Assembly: GCA_044892525.1 (NCBI GenBank)
Contig: CM097885.1
Coordinates: 235,106,001 to 235,170,000, forward strand
DNA: 64,000 nucleotides
Reading direction: 5' to 3'
DNA from: Schmidtea polychroa
Taxonomy: Eukaryota
A program made the position numbers and the translations under genes. Below are positions 20,046 to 33,998 of this stretch, piece after piece (the first letter of the stretch is position 1; every line of letters starts with the position of its first letter). Below the pieces are notes generated by a model that saw only the letters and a program-made list of their open reading frames with translations, was not told the origin of the DNA and ran no database searches.

Positions 20046-23000
20046 TCATGATTGAAAGTGGATGTTCTCTAACCCCTGTAGTTCTAATCTATGAGATTTA
20101 AATTCTTGTTCTGATAATCCTCGAATATATTCAGGATCTGTATTTAAATATTTAAGTTCTATAGGTATTGATTTTTGAACTTGATTATATAGAGGTTTTT
20201 GAGGAATAGGTCTTCCAGGGTAAAGTATTTCAACTTTACTTAATTGAAGATCTGTTATGTTTGTACCATAGAGATCATTCAACACTTGCAAGTTTTTTTA
20301 TTATTGGGATTAAATCATTTCCAATTGGAAGAGTTGTTTTTAAATCACTTAGAATAAATCTTTTATCATCATAATTTGATAGTGATACCTTGGCTGATTC
20401 TTCTAAATACATATTATGCTTCTCAGATTTAAGTTGATGTACCTCAACTATTTTATCTGAATAATTTATATTTAGAGCATCTTTATAGTCTTGATGTGTG
20501 ATGGTTTTAGATACTGATTTTTATATCCCTTTGCATTTGTTATCTTTAAGGGTTTTTATATCTAAGGTTATTATTGGTCGTTCAAATGTATAATCTATTT
20601 CTTCCATTTCAAGGGTTATTGGGTTTTTATACATGATTTTAATTGTTTGCTTTTCTGTTTTCGGGCTTTCTGTCATTTCTAGTGAATATTGTTTCGCTCT
20701 AATAAATATAGCATTAATTATTGGGGTATTTGGCTTTTCATCTTTGAAGGTGAATAATTCTCCAGATGAATTTATTAAATTACTTAGGATTTCACTTTCA
20801 GATATTTCTTTTTTCACATCTTCACTATATATTTTTAAAAACATACTATCTGTGTCCCTACCATGTAGGGATATTCGATCTCCAAAGTGAGGTACTAGAA
20901 TGTCATAATAGGTCTCATACATTTGTAATTTTGATAATTCCAAAATAGAGAAACCTATAAAGATTGGTTTATTATAAGTTTTTTCACTGTTTTGAATTTC
21001 AATTGCAACTAAGTTCTTTGAGAATACTTCGGCATTTTTAAATGTTGGTTTTCCAAGCATTCTATTATATCTTGCAAAGTCTTTGGGAGTATTTGTTAAC
21101 AACTCTACTCGAGTGTATTTATCAACATTCTCCATAGTCTTACCAAAGACTGCATTATTTAAAAGTTTGTATATCATGTCTAGAAAAGCATTTCCATTTC
21201 TTTTTGCTTCATTTCTTTTTCTAATGTTTCCATTTATAAATTTTTTCATAAATGGCAGTTGTCTAAATTTTATAATACTGTGAACATCTTTTAATATCAT
21301 TCCATGAGAGATGTAAAATTGTAATAACCTATAATGACAAAGATAATAGGTCTTATTACTTTGGTCACATAAAAGTTTTGTAGTAGTAGGTCTATTTTGA
21401 CTGATTTGCCAATCTGAAAGTTCATTGACATCTATTTTCCTTTTTACTGGTGCAAATGGGAAATACCTAGTTCTAGATTTTATTTCATCTGGGTAATCCA
21501 AATCACATTCTATAACATATCCTATTTCTGAATCTTTTTCAGTTGATAATATTTCATTTAAAAGATCTTCTAGTTTACTTTTATCTTTAGGAATATCAAC
21601 CCATTCAAAGTTTCCAATTGGTAAATTTTGAGTCATTACACCTCCATATAGAGCGGTTGCATCAGTATAAAATATTTCACATGGATTTGATAAACCTTCT
21701 TTTATTAAATTAGAATCTTGTTCTGTTTTTATTACTATATAGTCTTCATCTGTATCTTTAAAGAATTTTCTATAAAGAGATGCCCAATTATTTGCAGTTA
21801 TTTCTCTATCTCCCATTACAGAACTAACACCCCCTCTAATATTATATTTAAATACATTAAACATGTCAAGATCAGTTAATAATTCTATAATTTTATCTCT
21901 TGTTTCTACATCTTCTTCAGTCCATATAGTATATAACAATATATCCCAAGCTAAAGATGGTGCTGTTATATAATTATAGGGTTTTAATTCAAAGGCTTTA
22001 CAAAACCCTTCGAAGCAGTCTGCTAAAATATAAACATCAAGGGATAAATACATGTCGGTATATTCCCCAAGGTTTTGACAGTTGAATAATTGATACATTT
22101 TATTTGCTCGAGAATATTCTTGATCTGTAATATTTGATTGTTGTAGTTTTGAAGAGAATTTCTTTTGTGGAGGTAATTTCGATTCATTATATTTATCAAA
22201 TGAATCAATATAATCATATGGATATATTCCTTTTGCTAAACATGTTGGATATTCTTCCAAGGGAATGTTATTTTTTATCAAAACTTGCTCTATTGTATAT
22301 TTAAAATCTTCTGGTTTCATTGTTTTGGCTATTCCATCTAGAGACATTCCTAAAAAATTTAGAGAATCTATAAATTTTAAACAACCATATTGTACACATT
22401 TATATTTTTCTTTTGTTAAACCTATTACTTTGAAAGAATTTTTAGCATTTTCTGCTAGATGTTTTATAAATAAATGTATATCATATCCAAAAAGATTATG
22501 AAATATAACTGGTATAAATTTAGGTTTTTTACAATTTATGTTACAGTTTGTATGTGCTGGTCCTCTATAATTGTTTGATTTTTTAAAATGATCATGATCT
22601 GGTACTTTTATATTTTGAGTTTCATTATTCAAAGATTGCTCTTGAGTTTGTTGTCTTTCATGAAACATTCTTTGTTCTTCTTCTTCAATAGACTCAGTAT
22701 TCAAAGACTCAGTATTCAAAGACTCAGTATTCAAAGACTCAGTATCCTCAAATTGTTGTTTACACATCCAACAATTGGAAGAATTTTTATATTCTTCCCA
22801 TTGTTCAATTGAAAAATTTATTTCATAATTTGTTTTTAATATTTTAAATAATTCATGTTCTAAATCATTTATATTTTTAGTAAAATGATTTAAAACATCT
22901 TCTTCAGAAGTTCCTCTATATGAATATTCTTTAGATTCTATAAGTTCAGGGTAATTACTTTTAAAAAATAGTTTATAAGCAGATGGTATTTGTTTAGTTT

Positions 23001-24661
23001 CTTTTATTGTATAAGATTTATTATTTAGAAAGTTTTTCATATTCTCCCATGTTAGTCCTGGTGTCTCTGGCAAATAATCATACCAAGAATCTAATAAATT
23101 ATTTTTTTCTATTATTTTTAAATATTCTTTTTCTAAATCATGCTTTATATTTATTGCTTCAAAATCTCCATATATTACACCTACTGATTCTAATAAATTT
23201 GAAAAATTTTTAAAGTTCATGTCTGAGTTTTGGGGCATTTTAATTAATGCTGGTTGGTTCTTGTCACATAATCTTTCATGTTTAATTATTGAGTTTTTAG
23301 AGGTTGAATAGTGAAGACATCTTTTACAAGTTGTTTCACCCCTAACTTGTGTTGTTGTATGCATAAAACTTTGAAAGTTTTTTATTAGAATATAATGTTG
23401 TTTCCTTTCAATATTCAAATCTTCATCTTGTTCAACATTCAAATTTATAACTTGTTCATCTTCACCTTCTTCATTAAAAAAATATTCCCTATATTCTTGA
23501 TCTACTTCTTTATTAATTTCTTCTAATATTAAAAGATCTATTTCTCTATTTTTTTATCTTGTTCTAATAGTTTTTTATTTGAAATATAAATTGGTATAAT
23601 ACGTTTCCTAAAATCATCTTTATGTGGAATGTATTCATAAATATTAAGTTTAATATTATTTAAAATTTCAAATGCTGGAATGTCTTCAATTTTCATTGGA
23701 TGTTTAAATCCTTTTGGATATATTAATTCATTTTCATATTGTTTATATTTTGAAACCCTTTGGGGATTTTTTGGCTGAGGATGTAAGTGTGCAAGTATTG
23801 ACCATTGGAAACATTTGTCATCTTTATTCTGTACGTTTATAACATAATTGGAGGTGAATGGTGTAGGAATAAAAGATTTGGGATTTGGGGGTGCTGCTCT
23901 CCAATATTCAATTTCCATAGATTGGAAAGAATGGAATCTTAAATTTGATTCTCCTAATTCTTGTTCTACAACCTCTTGTTGCTCTTCCATCTCTTCAGTT
24001 AAATCCTTGATGATTTTATTTATTCCCTTTGTTGAGAATAAATATTTAAAGGATGTTTCAATATCAGAGTTTAGAGAGTTGTATCTACTTCTTCTCCTCT
24101 CCAATATTTTGCAGAGATTCTAACTTTATATTTTATAATGTTGAATCTTGATCGACCAAATTTTTTTATAGCATTATCCATTGAATTTTTTATGTTTTGT
24201 TTATTTTTTCTTATATAATCTGAGGCTGTGGAGGAAAACATTTGTTCTCCAAATATATCTATGTGATTGAAGTTGTCCCAATTATATTTTTCTTTTTCAA
24301 TGTGTTCAGATTCAGGATCTTCAGAATCAGAATCAGAATCTCTTTTGGGTATTGGTTGTTTGTTCTTTATAGCACATTTTTTTACATGTTTTAAATAATA
24401 AGATTTTATATTGAATTTTGATTCACATATATAACATTCAAATTTTTCTCTATTTTTAGGAACTCCAATACAACTTTCAAAATGTTTATCATATCCTGAA
24501 AGTATATATCTTTCTTTACATTTTGAACAAATTTTTGAGTTTGAATTATCCAGTCTATTTATTTTTAATAAATGGTCTTTTGATTTTTGGTGTGATAGTA
24601 GTGCAGTTTTATTTTTAAAAATTTTTTTACAAATAGTACAATTATAAATATTAGAATTCAT
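20046..24661 (-). pseudogene. Protein-primed family B DNA polymerase with N-terminal Zn fingers, a putative vOTU-like region and an endonuclease VII insertion
   Basis: Exonuclease motifs YGDFEA and FHNLFGYD; KGIYPYDY; polymerase motifs YTDATALYG, KLLNNAVFGKTMEN and RDTDS; KCKGI*. Read-through then gives SNYDDKRFIL...TLPIG to a stop at 20275, or to 20046 by frameshift. Frameshifts near 24110 and 23545; premature TAA at 20521-20523. Confidence 0.95.
22691..22745. repeat. In-frame 15-bp tandem repeat (TESLN) in pPolB
   Basis: GACTCAGTATTCAAA x3 plus a partial unit. Confidence 0.95.
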
Positions 24662-24742
24662 TTTTTTAAAAAAAGTTTTTATTGGATGGGGTGTTTTGGG
24701 TTTTATTTCATATTTTTAAAATATTTATAATTTTAAATTTAT

Positions 24743-25000
24743 TACTATAAGTAGTGGATATAAGACCCTCACGAACGCGACCTCACTGGGAGTTTGCGAG
24801 TTTCCTGCTCTTGGTCATTTTCTTTCTGTTTATAGAGGTTAAAGTGAAAACGGTTTTAGTTCCCTTAGTTTTTGTGTTGAAAATAGAGGGTCTAAAAGGG
24901 TTAAAAGTGTAAAAATTTGGGGTTGTTATTACAATAGTTAAGTGTTTGGAGGTCGTTAAGCCTGGGGGGTTGTGTTCGTGAGGGTCTTATATCCACTACT
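24743..25000 (-). repeat. Polinton right TIR with an internal 27-bp inverted terminal motif
   Basis: AGTAGTGGATATAAGACCCTCACGAAC at 24750-24776 and its exact reverse complement at 24974-25000. Confidence 0.95.
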
Positions 25001-25340
25001 GTCAACAGAACATGGTCCAATGATATACATATCGTTCTCCTTGAACTAAGGAATGTTATCTCCAAAGAAATCTGATACTCGGAAACTATACTAGGCTGCC
25101 CGATGATAAAATAGTGGATCAAGGCTAAAAAAACACTTTCCTGAAAAAATGAAGACATGCAGACGTCAATTGTGAATAAAATCTGAAGTTCGAACTACTC
25201 TTGAGCTAATATATGAAGGCTCATTTCTTGTCCTGGACAAAAGCAAAGACTTCAAAACATGCGAAATCAAAATTACAGACCGAACAATCCGAGTATCAGT
25301 ATTTAAATTTAAGTCAGTTTACATAACTAATCCAATTACT
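25001..25340 (+). pseudogene. Ty3/Gypsy integrase relic, continuation 3' of the Polinton
   Basis: VNRTWSNDIHIVLLELRNV... continues the integrase after the ER motif at about 12205. Later YEGSFLVLDK is a GPY/F-like motif. Confidence 0.75.
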
Positions 25341-25564
25341 CGATAATATTGGATAAGGGTTAAGTAGCAAGCCTTATTAATCAATAGATTTATTGCAATT
25401 TGAAATTCATTAAATTATTGAAATTGCAATAAATAATTTGTTTGAATATATTTGTTTTGTTGCAATAGTTGTATTTCGTTTAGTCAACGTCATAATCGCT
25501 CAACTGGCGATTTCTATATCAAGCTCAATGGAGCCACATCTAATAGCAATAGATCATGTATAGG

Positions 25565-26161
25565 CAGGGTTGACAGACCTCCCGATTTCGTCGGGAGTCT
25601 CCCGTTATGAAAGTATAGTTCCCGACTCCCGATATACATGCCAAAAACTCCCGATTTGTAAATTAAGTTTTTTCAGCAGTTGTCATCACTTAACATTTTG
25701 AAGTAATGCCAATTGGGTGAAAAAAGTGAACTTTTTTTGACATTTTGCGCATTGTGCTTTGCCTATAAGTATTGTTCTGATGTCTAAATTTACTTATTGT
25801 TTATTTGTGTATTCTAAGAATCTAAATTAATTAAAATGGTCGTTTGGAACAAAATATTCTGAAAAATATTATAAAATTTTTTGGTATTATCACTAATTTA
25901 TTTATTTTTAGTTTTATTTTTATGTTTGTTATTTTATTTTATTTTTTTATTTTTTTTTGTTATTTTTGTTTTTTTTTTGTTAATTTTTTAAATTTTTATT
26001 TGTTTTTTTCATTTTATTGATTTAATTTTTTTTGTTCAATAGCATTTGAATTATGTATCTTTTTAATTTCTGTATAAAAAAAATTAAACTAAAAAAAGAC
26101 CAGTCGAAATATTTTTTTTTCGTTACTCCCGACATGATGTTTTCAAAATCTGGCAACCCTG
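25565..26161. mobile_element. hAT-type MITE (597 bp)
   Basis: TIR CAGGGTTG(A/C)CAGA and 8-bp TSD TGTATAGG on both sides. Confidence 0.92.
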
Positions 26162-26613
26162 TGTATAGGTTCAAATTTATCTCTTGAAAAAAATTGTTAC
26201 TTGCACTGTACTCCATTCCCAACTGTCTCAGCGGGATTAATTGAATTGTTCAATTCTTTTCCGTTGAATAAGTCTTAAAAAAGCTTTTAAATTTTGGATA
26301 CTGTTGTTGATCCATCAACTAATACAATATCATGAACTGACTTTGAGCCCAATTAGTTGAACCGTGACTGAAAGACATCGGAACATAAAATGCCGACATA
26401 AAAGATTTCGATAAAATAACATTAGAAAATGAAGTAGGAATAAAATATTTACAATAAAAATGAATAGAAAACTAAAATATTCTATAAACACGGTGAAATC
26501 TATCATTGCCGCCAAGTAGCTAATGAAAATTATATTAAAAGATAAAAATTTAAGAATTAAATTAACCAAAAAACTAACTGAAATAACAAAAGGATTAAAA
26601 TAAATATGAATTA

Positions 26614-29020
26614 TGTTGGACTAGAACTGATTTCTAGGCTCAAAACTAGATCTGTAACTGAAATGTGTCGGTACATAGCATGCAACAATATCAACTTAGG
26701 AAATATATAACTATTTTAAACCTAAAAAAGTAAAATTTGCAATCTTTCATAACTACCACCCCCAGGTTATATAACGATAGGGAACAATGTTATCCTTAGT
26801 CAACTAATTTACATAAATATTAAACTTACCAAATTTCAATTATTACTATTATTATTAGAATTATTATTATGATCTCTAATGATCCCTTCAGGGTCACTAA
26901 AATTCTCATAAATAGAATCATAAAGAATTTTATTTTTCATGTTATCATTATCAGTCATTATTATTTAATCTATTACTAATTTATTATTTTGATTAATTAA
27001 TATATATGTTGGGTTATTGAGTTGGTGATAGAATTAGAATTCTTACTCTGACTCCAAGCGTGTCTTTGATTGCCACACAAATAACAATTAACATTGGAAA
27101 CTTTATTGAATATCACAAATATTTTCACAATGATACAATTGACTCAACAAGCTGACTATTATACCGTGCTTATTACAACACTATGGTGAGGAATAGCACA
27201 CTCGTATAACTTTGATTTGTCAAACCTCTCACAACTGAGGAGTGTAATAATTGGTAATTTTAAATGGTTGTTTTCTGATTTTGACTTGGCTTTACTCGTC
27301 TAACTTTATTCTATTATCAACTGAATAAACTCTTAGCTGATCCTCTTTTATTTCTGTTTTCTTTTTAATTTCTCTGCTTCAATTTGATTCAAATATTTCT
27401 TCCAAATTGTTTCCTCAATGGCTTCTCAAAACTGTTTCTCTAACAAATCTCCCACGTGTTTTCTCAATTTTCTCCTCTATCTTTTCTTCTCCTGCTTCTG
27501 CTGTGCCACCTCCTTTATACCTTGTCAATTTATGGCACTTCAGATAATCAAGTGTTTTTCCCATTTTCTTTCTCCTGCTTTCCCCGACTACCCATTTTTA
27601 TCTCTGACAGCTGTCAAGTTGTTTTCCCTTTTTTGTTTGACCGCCTTCTACCATCAATTCTGTTATCACTGGCAAGCTGTCGAGATAAGGATATTGTTGT
27701 TTTCCTTTTCCCGTGATTTCAAAATTCCTTTTTGTACTAATTAATTAGTACTGGCCTTGGTTTTTGTTTTCCTGTTTGATTCCTTTTATTTCCTTTATCT
27801 TTCTCATTTTTAGTTTCTTTTTACTTCCGTTTTCTTTTCTGAGTTCCAATAGATCGTCCCGTTTGTCATGGCGATCTTCCCCCAGGTAATTTTATTTATT
27901 TATTTATAAATTGTTATTTAGGTGTCCTCAACATATATATTATTATTATCGATTGAGGATTCCCCTCTAACGCCAAATTTAGCAATGAAGACCCGTTCCC
28001 CAATGATAGCCCTAGAAAAATTACCAATCACGATGAGAAATTTGTGCAAATGACGAACCAGAAGAGTACAAAATCCATTTAAAAAAATAAAATATTACCA
28101 AAATCATTTACATATTCTGTCATAATGTTGAGAGATTTAGATTTTCGGGGGAAATGTTGAACAGAAAGAACAAAATCCTGCTGGAAATTCCATATAACAA
28201 ACAAATCCTGATCTGGATGATGTCGAGAATAAAGAGTATGACATGCATAAGTATCCCTGAAATAGTCATAAAATACTGGGTAAAAAACAATTAACCGGTT
28301 CAAGGAGAGAGATTCTGTAACTCAACGGTATGAGCTACCAATCCGGGCAGAAAGAAACCTCAATCCTGGTAGCAGACCGACATTATGATGGGCCGTTTTG
28401 CATCCGTGTCTCTAACTATGGGGGAACAACTAGGTGATTACGCTGAACCGGGCAACCTGCTAAGTGATGACACTATCATGACAGGTTGAGAATATACTGA
28501 GGATTCTGACAACTTACCAAGCACCGACAGAGCTGAATTGTTCAGCGATTAGGCATTTAGGAAACATATTTAAAATTAAAAGTATTGAATTTACCATTAT
28601 TATTTTGTGTAAATACAAAATATCAACATTATATTGATTATAAATAGGTGATTCAAACACCTTGGACTAAATTTTTATTTTATTATTAATTGAAAAATTT
28701 CAAAAAGAAAAGAAATCTGGATAATTAAACTCAACTTTACTTTAATCTGGATTTGTCTAAATTAACATTAAGTATTAATTTTTATTATTTTGATTGAACG
28801 GGAAATTAACCCAACATAAACCTGAATTACGTGTGGTATTTTAATAAATAATTATTAACTTACACTAGAAAGTTGCCATGAAACGTGTGCGTGTGTGCCT
28901 AAATTGACGAAAATGATGTGAGTGTGAGATAAGCGGGATAATAGGTCATGGTATTGGGAAGACAATCTGGTGAAGGGACCATGCAAAATCGGACACAAGG
29001 CAGTCCGCGAACCCAAAAAA
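26614..29020 (+). mobile_element. Family B copy 3, internally deleted, 3'-truncated, opposite orientation
   Basis: Starts TGTTGGACTAGAACTGATTTCTAG (matches the reverse complement of 8364-8387). 28640-29020 is the reverse complement of about 3430-3815. Confidence 0.75.
27007..27933. mobile_element. Family D short LTR-like element (927 bp) nested in B copy 3
   Basis: TGTTGGGTTA...CCTCAACA with TSD TATA. The minus strand carries a decayed Lys/Glu-rich frame. Confidence 0.75.
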
Positions 29021-29239
29021 GTTGCTGCTTTTTTCTAATAATTTATTGGTAGCGAGGGTCAAGTTTTGAAAGCCTCAATTTTGTTTTGTGTCGCACCATT
29101 AGTGGTGCATGCACCCATGGTTAAGAACCCATGATTTATAGTAACATTTACATATTTTATATTCTTTTTCTAACCTTAGTAATTATTTAAATAATTATTT
29201 ATTTTATATTCTAAAATTAGTAATTTTCTGCTTGATTAT

Positions 29240-31469
29240 TTTTAGACAAGCACCGAGCAAGTCCAAGCCCAACCCTAACAAAAGGTGAAGAAGAAAGGAA
29301 GAAGAAAGGAAAATAGTAAAAAGATGCAATAAATAAATAAATTGAAATGAAATAAAATTTAGAAAAAAGAGAATAAAATAAAACATAAATAAATAGGAAA
29401 AGAATAAAATAAAATAATTATCGAAAGAAACCACAAGAATATGAAAATATAGAAACATCAATTAACACATTGAAAAAATATCAAAAATAACCTAGAATAA
29501 TGATAGTAAAATATCAATTTCAAAACGAAAAAGCAATAGGAGACCGGAGAAACTATTGAGTGATGGTGATAAAGTTGTTTGAGTGGAAATGGGGGGAATC
29601 CCAAGAAGTCAGGGAAAAGACCCGAGAATAGATTAATTACAGAAAAGAAGAGGCGATTTACACCAAAGAAACCCAAGAAAATCAATATTATGTTTTTGTT
29701 TCAAAAAATAAGGTCTAAATATAAATATTAACAAGTTTAAAAATATTTTAAATACAGAAGTGTAGATGCTGAATCAACACGCACCTACACTAGTTTCACA
29801 TATAATTGATCAGGTAGTCATAAGCACCCAAAAATTAAATAAAGAAAAAATAAAAATGAAAAGAATCGGTAGAGTTCTTTACAGACTCCTACCAAAACTT
29901 AAATAAGTATATAAACCCGAACATAAACTTACAACTTTATCAAAAGAAAATCTGAACTGAAACTCAACTAAATCGAACTAATCAAAACTGAAACTTAACT
30001 GAATTCAACTGAGATTCAAAATCTTACAACAAAAACAATTACATACTCAAAAACCAAATTTTTTAGAAGCGGAAAACCAAGAAAAACTCTCTGTACAAAA
30101 CAAAAAAAGTAAAACAAAAAAAGTAAAACTCAAAGAAAAGGAAATAAATCACAGTTTACAACTCAACAGCAAACTAGAAGGAAACCGATAAATTATGTTA
30201 AGAAATTCCTACAATTCCCAAAGAAAAAAATGACTGAAAATTTCTAACAAGGAAAGGGCAAAATTCAAAAAACTCGGATTTCAAATCAGTCAAAGAATCA
30301 AAACGTAAATAACAATAAAAGCAAAACCAAATAACAAGATGAAAGGTGAATTTGGATTTGGATTTTGCTTTTGTTTTTCCTTCTTCACTTTGTACTTGTT
30401 AATTAAGAATGACCTTATCTTATTTCATTGTATAATGTTTATTGACTCTAAATATAATACGTATACTAGGGTACTAGTATTTACGAGATGAGCTCACATT
30501 TTGTTAGTATTGATCCACTTGGAATTTTGCCAACATTGTTTAGCAATGAGTTTCAAGTGGTAAAATAAAATTTTTGGCTTAATTATATCCCAGGCAATCT
30601 ATGCAATTTCCGGGATGAAAACCCCTCAGAAGAACCCAGGATTACAATTCATATATAATTTCTATGGCCTAAGTTAACCTTCAAATATCTTATCGTCATA
30701 CTATGTTACCATCACTATAATCCCTATTACTGCTATTGGAAACTATTTTAAAAATGTATAACGATGGAAAGTTTTACGTCTTTGCACCCATTCTTCATAC
30801 CTACTTGTGATTAGTTATCTTTTGTTTCGTAATTCACATTGAAGTGGATATTTTACCCAAACGCCAGTGAATACTTAACACGATTAATCCATGTAAATGT
30901 ATACGCAGGACGAGCTTCAAACCTAGATTCCATCATTTCGGATTACCACATTAGTGAGTCTGTAAACTCCCCGGTCGTGCCCATATGATTTCTGTTAAAA
31001 TTCGAGTAATCAATATCGACCCCGATTTTAACTATGCCAAAATCAAGTAAAGCCAAGAGTAGGAACCAGAGCTAAGCCGGCCACCAATGCCGAAAGCGTC
31101 TTCAGACTTACAATTAACATTCACTACGTCCTTTCCAACGTCAGCCTATAGTAAAACCCGATTTGTTCCGGAACAATTCTTCTGTGTGAACTGCTTCAGA
31201 AGACATTACGTGAATATATCTTTGTTGCTTTCAATTTGTCTTCGTCTCGGTTTTAATCTTTGTTTTTGATTTGCTACTTCCCTAATAACGGTTGTCCCTC
31301 AGGATATATATCAATTTAAAATTAATAGAGTGAGGATTGATGGTTTTTCTGCCATGGGCACATAGGTGGACAGAGTAAATAGTCGTGTTGACGTCCTGAA
31401 CAACTGATGCCACTGTCCGACACGGTCCTCTCTAGGAATTCAATCAATCAGACCCTCAAGCTCCCAACA
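29240..31469 (+). mobile_element. Probable further LTR-like element (left end uncertain)
   Basis: A-rich block, TATATAAA at about 29909, and an end ...CTCCCAACA (31469) with an imperfect terminal stem back to about 31328. No TSD found. Confidence 0.4.
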
Positions 31470-31902
31470 AAATGAACAAATTATGAAATAATTAATTTTC
31501 ACAAATTTAAAATTTAAATTCAAAACCGTTTTTAAAATTCGAATTTTAAAAATCGGCAAACTCTAGGTTGTTTTTTTCAAGTGAAATCAAATATAACATT
31601 TAGAAAAAATATGAATTATAAAAGTTATATTTGTATTTTCTTTTGTAAATAAATAAAATTTAATGATAATAAAAATGATAATAAATGAAATATTCCTTAA
31701 AACTAACTACAAATAAAAAATATATAAGTTTTAAGTCAATTAATTTGTCTATTTGTTTTAAAAATTAAAACTAAGTAGTTACTAACACAATTATTTTTAC
31801 TCATTTATTAAATTTAAATAATATAAAACCAATATTAAAAAATATATATTATTTAAGATTATTTATAGCGTAAATAGTGTTTAGTTAACTATTCATCAAC
31901 AA

Positions 31903-32371
31903 ATGTTGAAAGCAGATACTTTGAAGTTTCCAGTCAGAAAAGCCGTAAGCAATACAAACATATCATTAATTGATAACGATGCTATAAATCCCAACAAATC
32001 TTTAGAATTTAAAGCAAATCTTGGCGGTAAAAACTTAGCTTTCAAAAATGGAGAATGGATTTCAGAAGCTGATGGTTGAATAAATAATAAATCAGAATTC
32101 TAAATTAATTAAGTTTTAACTAGACCACGATCGTAATTATCAAGACAGAGACAGTCTGAAACATCTCCAAAGAGAACGTAAAAATCTAACCGAAGAAAAT
32201 CAATTATTGCGAATTAAATTAAATCTTCTGATTGAAAGAGTAACGTCTTTGTATACTTTTTCATAGTTGTAACTATATAAATAGCTTGGTCGCAAAACTT
32301 TGGAGTCCCATCAAGTGTCCGCCAATATTGAGAAAATACGCGATAAAATAAGAAAAGGAGATGTTCGATAA
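31903..32371 (+). CDS. CBY1: Chibby homolog, 3 exons (31903-32074, 32124-32239, 32285-32371), 124 aa
   Basis: ...KANLGGKNLAFKNGEWISE...LTEENQLLRIKLNLLIERL...ESH matches Chibby MNLAGQSLKFENGQWIAE...LEEENNLLRLKVDILLDML. GT-AG introns of 49 and 45 nt keep the frame. Confidence 0.88.
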
Positions 32372-32877
32372 TTTGTTTGACATTTAATGAATTCTAAAAT
32401 GAATAAATTGTATTAAATATATGCTTATTTGATCTTTTGAATTTTAAATTGTCACATTTTTTATATTTAGGAAATTCTCGAGTTTCCAGCAGAAAATATT
32501 TTCCTAGATCCAACACTGGAATCGGCATATTTCGTTTACTGATTAGCTTTATTCTGGGCTTCCATCAACGGTGGTTCATTTAACGAGCTTCAAACCTAGA
32601 TTCTGATACTAGGAGAGAGATGGAACAATCGTGAAAGAATCAAAACCTATAATACATTTGTTCCACAAAGCTTTCACTTGTCTTACTGAGTCCCAACGAA
32701 TAGATAACCTTTAACATCCTCACTTATCAGTGATACTCTAACTCAAACTAACTTTTATACACACGTATCTTCGCAACAAAAAAAAATTCAACAACTACTA
32801 TATCATCGAAACAGGAAAAAACACGAAAATATTTTTACGACGAAACCTTTCTTTATTTTTATAATATTACAAAGGAC

Positions 32878-33386
32878 TTATAATGGTTCATAAAGTAATG
32901 ACAGCACATCTAATCGGAAGTTGGGCGCGTCCAAATCCGTATTGAAGTGATCGTAAGGAACCACAGGGGATAGAGTAACAGTTGCTCGAACCTGAGATAC
33001 GACGGTTAGATCTACTGGAACCACGGCGACCAGTTCGGCAAGCCATCTTGCTTTCATCCGCTGTCGTCGCAGTTTGAGTGTCTTCGTATAATGATTACGA
33101 CTGGGGTTTGGTCGAAATGGCTGGTTGTGTGGCAACTATTGATGCCATTGGTTGCACTGGTGCTGAAGGTTGTGCGAAAGAGGGATCGTCTGTTGAGTGG
33201 TAGTGACAATGTGGTGAGGGTTAGGACCTCCAAGCCCATCATTTCCGGCCCTTGAGAAAAGCGGCTTAATAATTCTTTGGCTGTGCACATCTTGGCAAGC
33301 AGGTCATATTGACGATGGATGTGTACTCCTTCACCCCTTAAAAGATCTTCTGGTGCAACTCGTGAGCTTTGTCGGTGGCAAGCCAT
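32878..33386 (-). pseudogene. Frameshifted unknown ORF, probably TE-derived accessory gene
   Basis: Two overlapping ORFs in a GC-richer island. Basic KLRRQRMKARW, VPVDLT and an acidic/aromatic tail. Confidence 0.4.
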
Positions 33387-33998
33387 GAGGCTTCTAATTG
33401 ATTCAGTTTCTTATGCTTTTTACTCAGCTGGTCCCTTAATTTCTGGATTTCCAACATCAGATGTGTCTCTTTCAGCGAAGGAGTCTTTTTAGATGTGGTC
33501 GAATTGTCCATACTAATAATAGATAAAAGGAATCAATTATTTGTTTCATATACTGATTAAAAAGTAAAACTCTTTTATAAAAATAATATTTTATTACTTA
33601 TTACTTATTTGTTATAAATCATCGTTCAAAATTTGAATATAATTTCTAATTCAAGTAACAGTTAGGCAATGCATCCCCCATTATCCCCAATTAACAGTTC
33701 TGATTATCGATTGAAGTTATATATTTCTGATCTGTTTGGGCTAAGAGTCTAATTTACTTATCGCAAATGAGTTTAAAATTCAGTGGGTGGATTTTGTTAT
33801 TTGTGTTATTTCATTCTACTCTAAGTCTGGTGCCTAAACCCAATGATTAATACGATTTCCAAACTGATGTACGCGGTGATTTCAGCTATGAAATCAATTA
33901 GAACATTTACAGTGTATTTTTGGAATTCGGCCCTAATATTATGTTATTTAGCTGGATCAAGCTTATTAATTCTATTAGCGAAAATTAAAATTCAAATA

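Larger units (their letters stand above)
12229..25000. mobile_element. Polinton/Maverick (adintovirus-like), decayed, ~12.8 kb
   Basis: TIRs of ~250 bp (12229-12475 / 24743-25000). Right end is ...CCACTACT. Contains integrase, ATPase, protease, penton and pPolB. The left terminal 12 bp and the TSD are missing. Confidence 0.97.

Noticed and set aside
20633..24123. Several plus-strand ORFs within the polymerase
   Set aside because: Antisense shadows of pPolB with no recognisable motifs.
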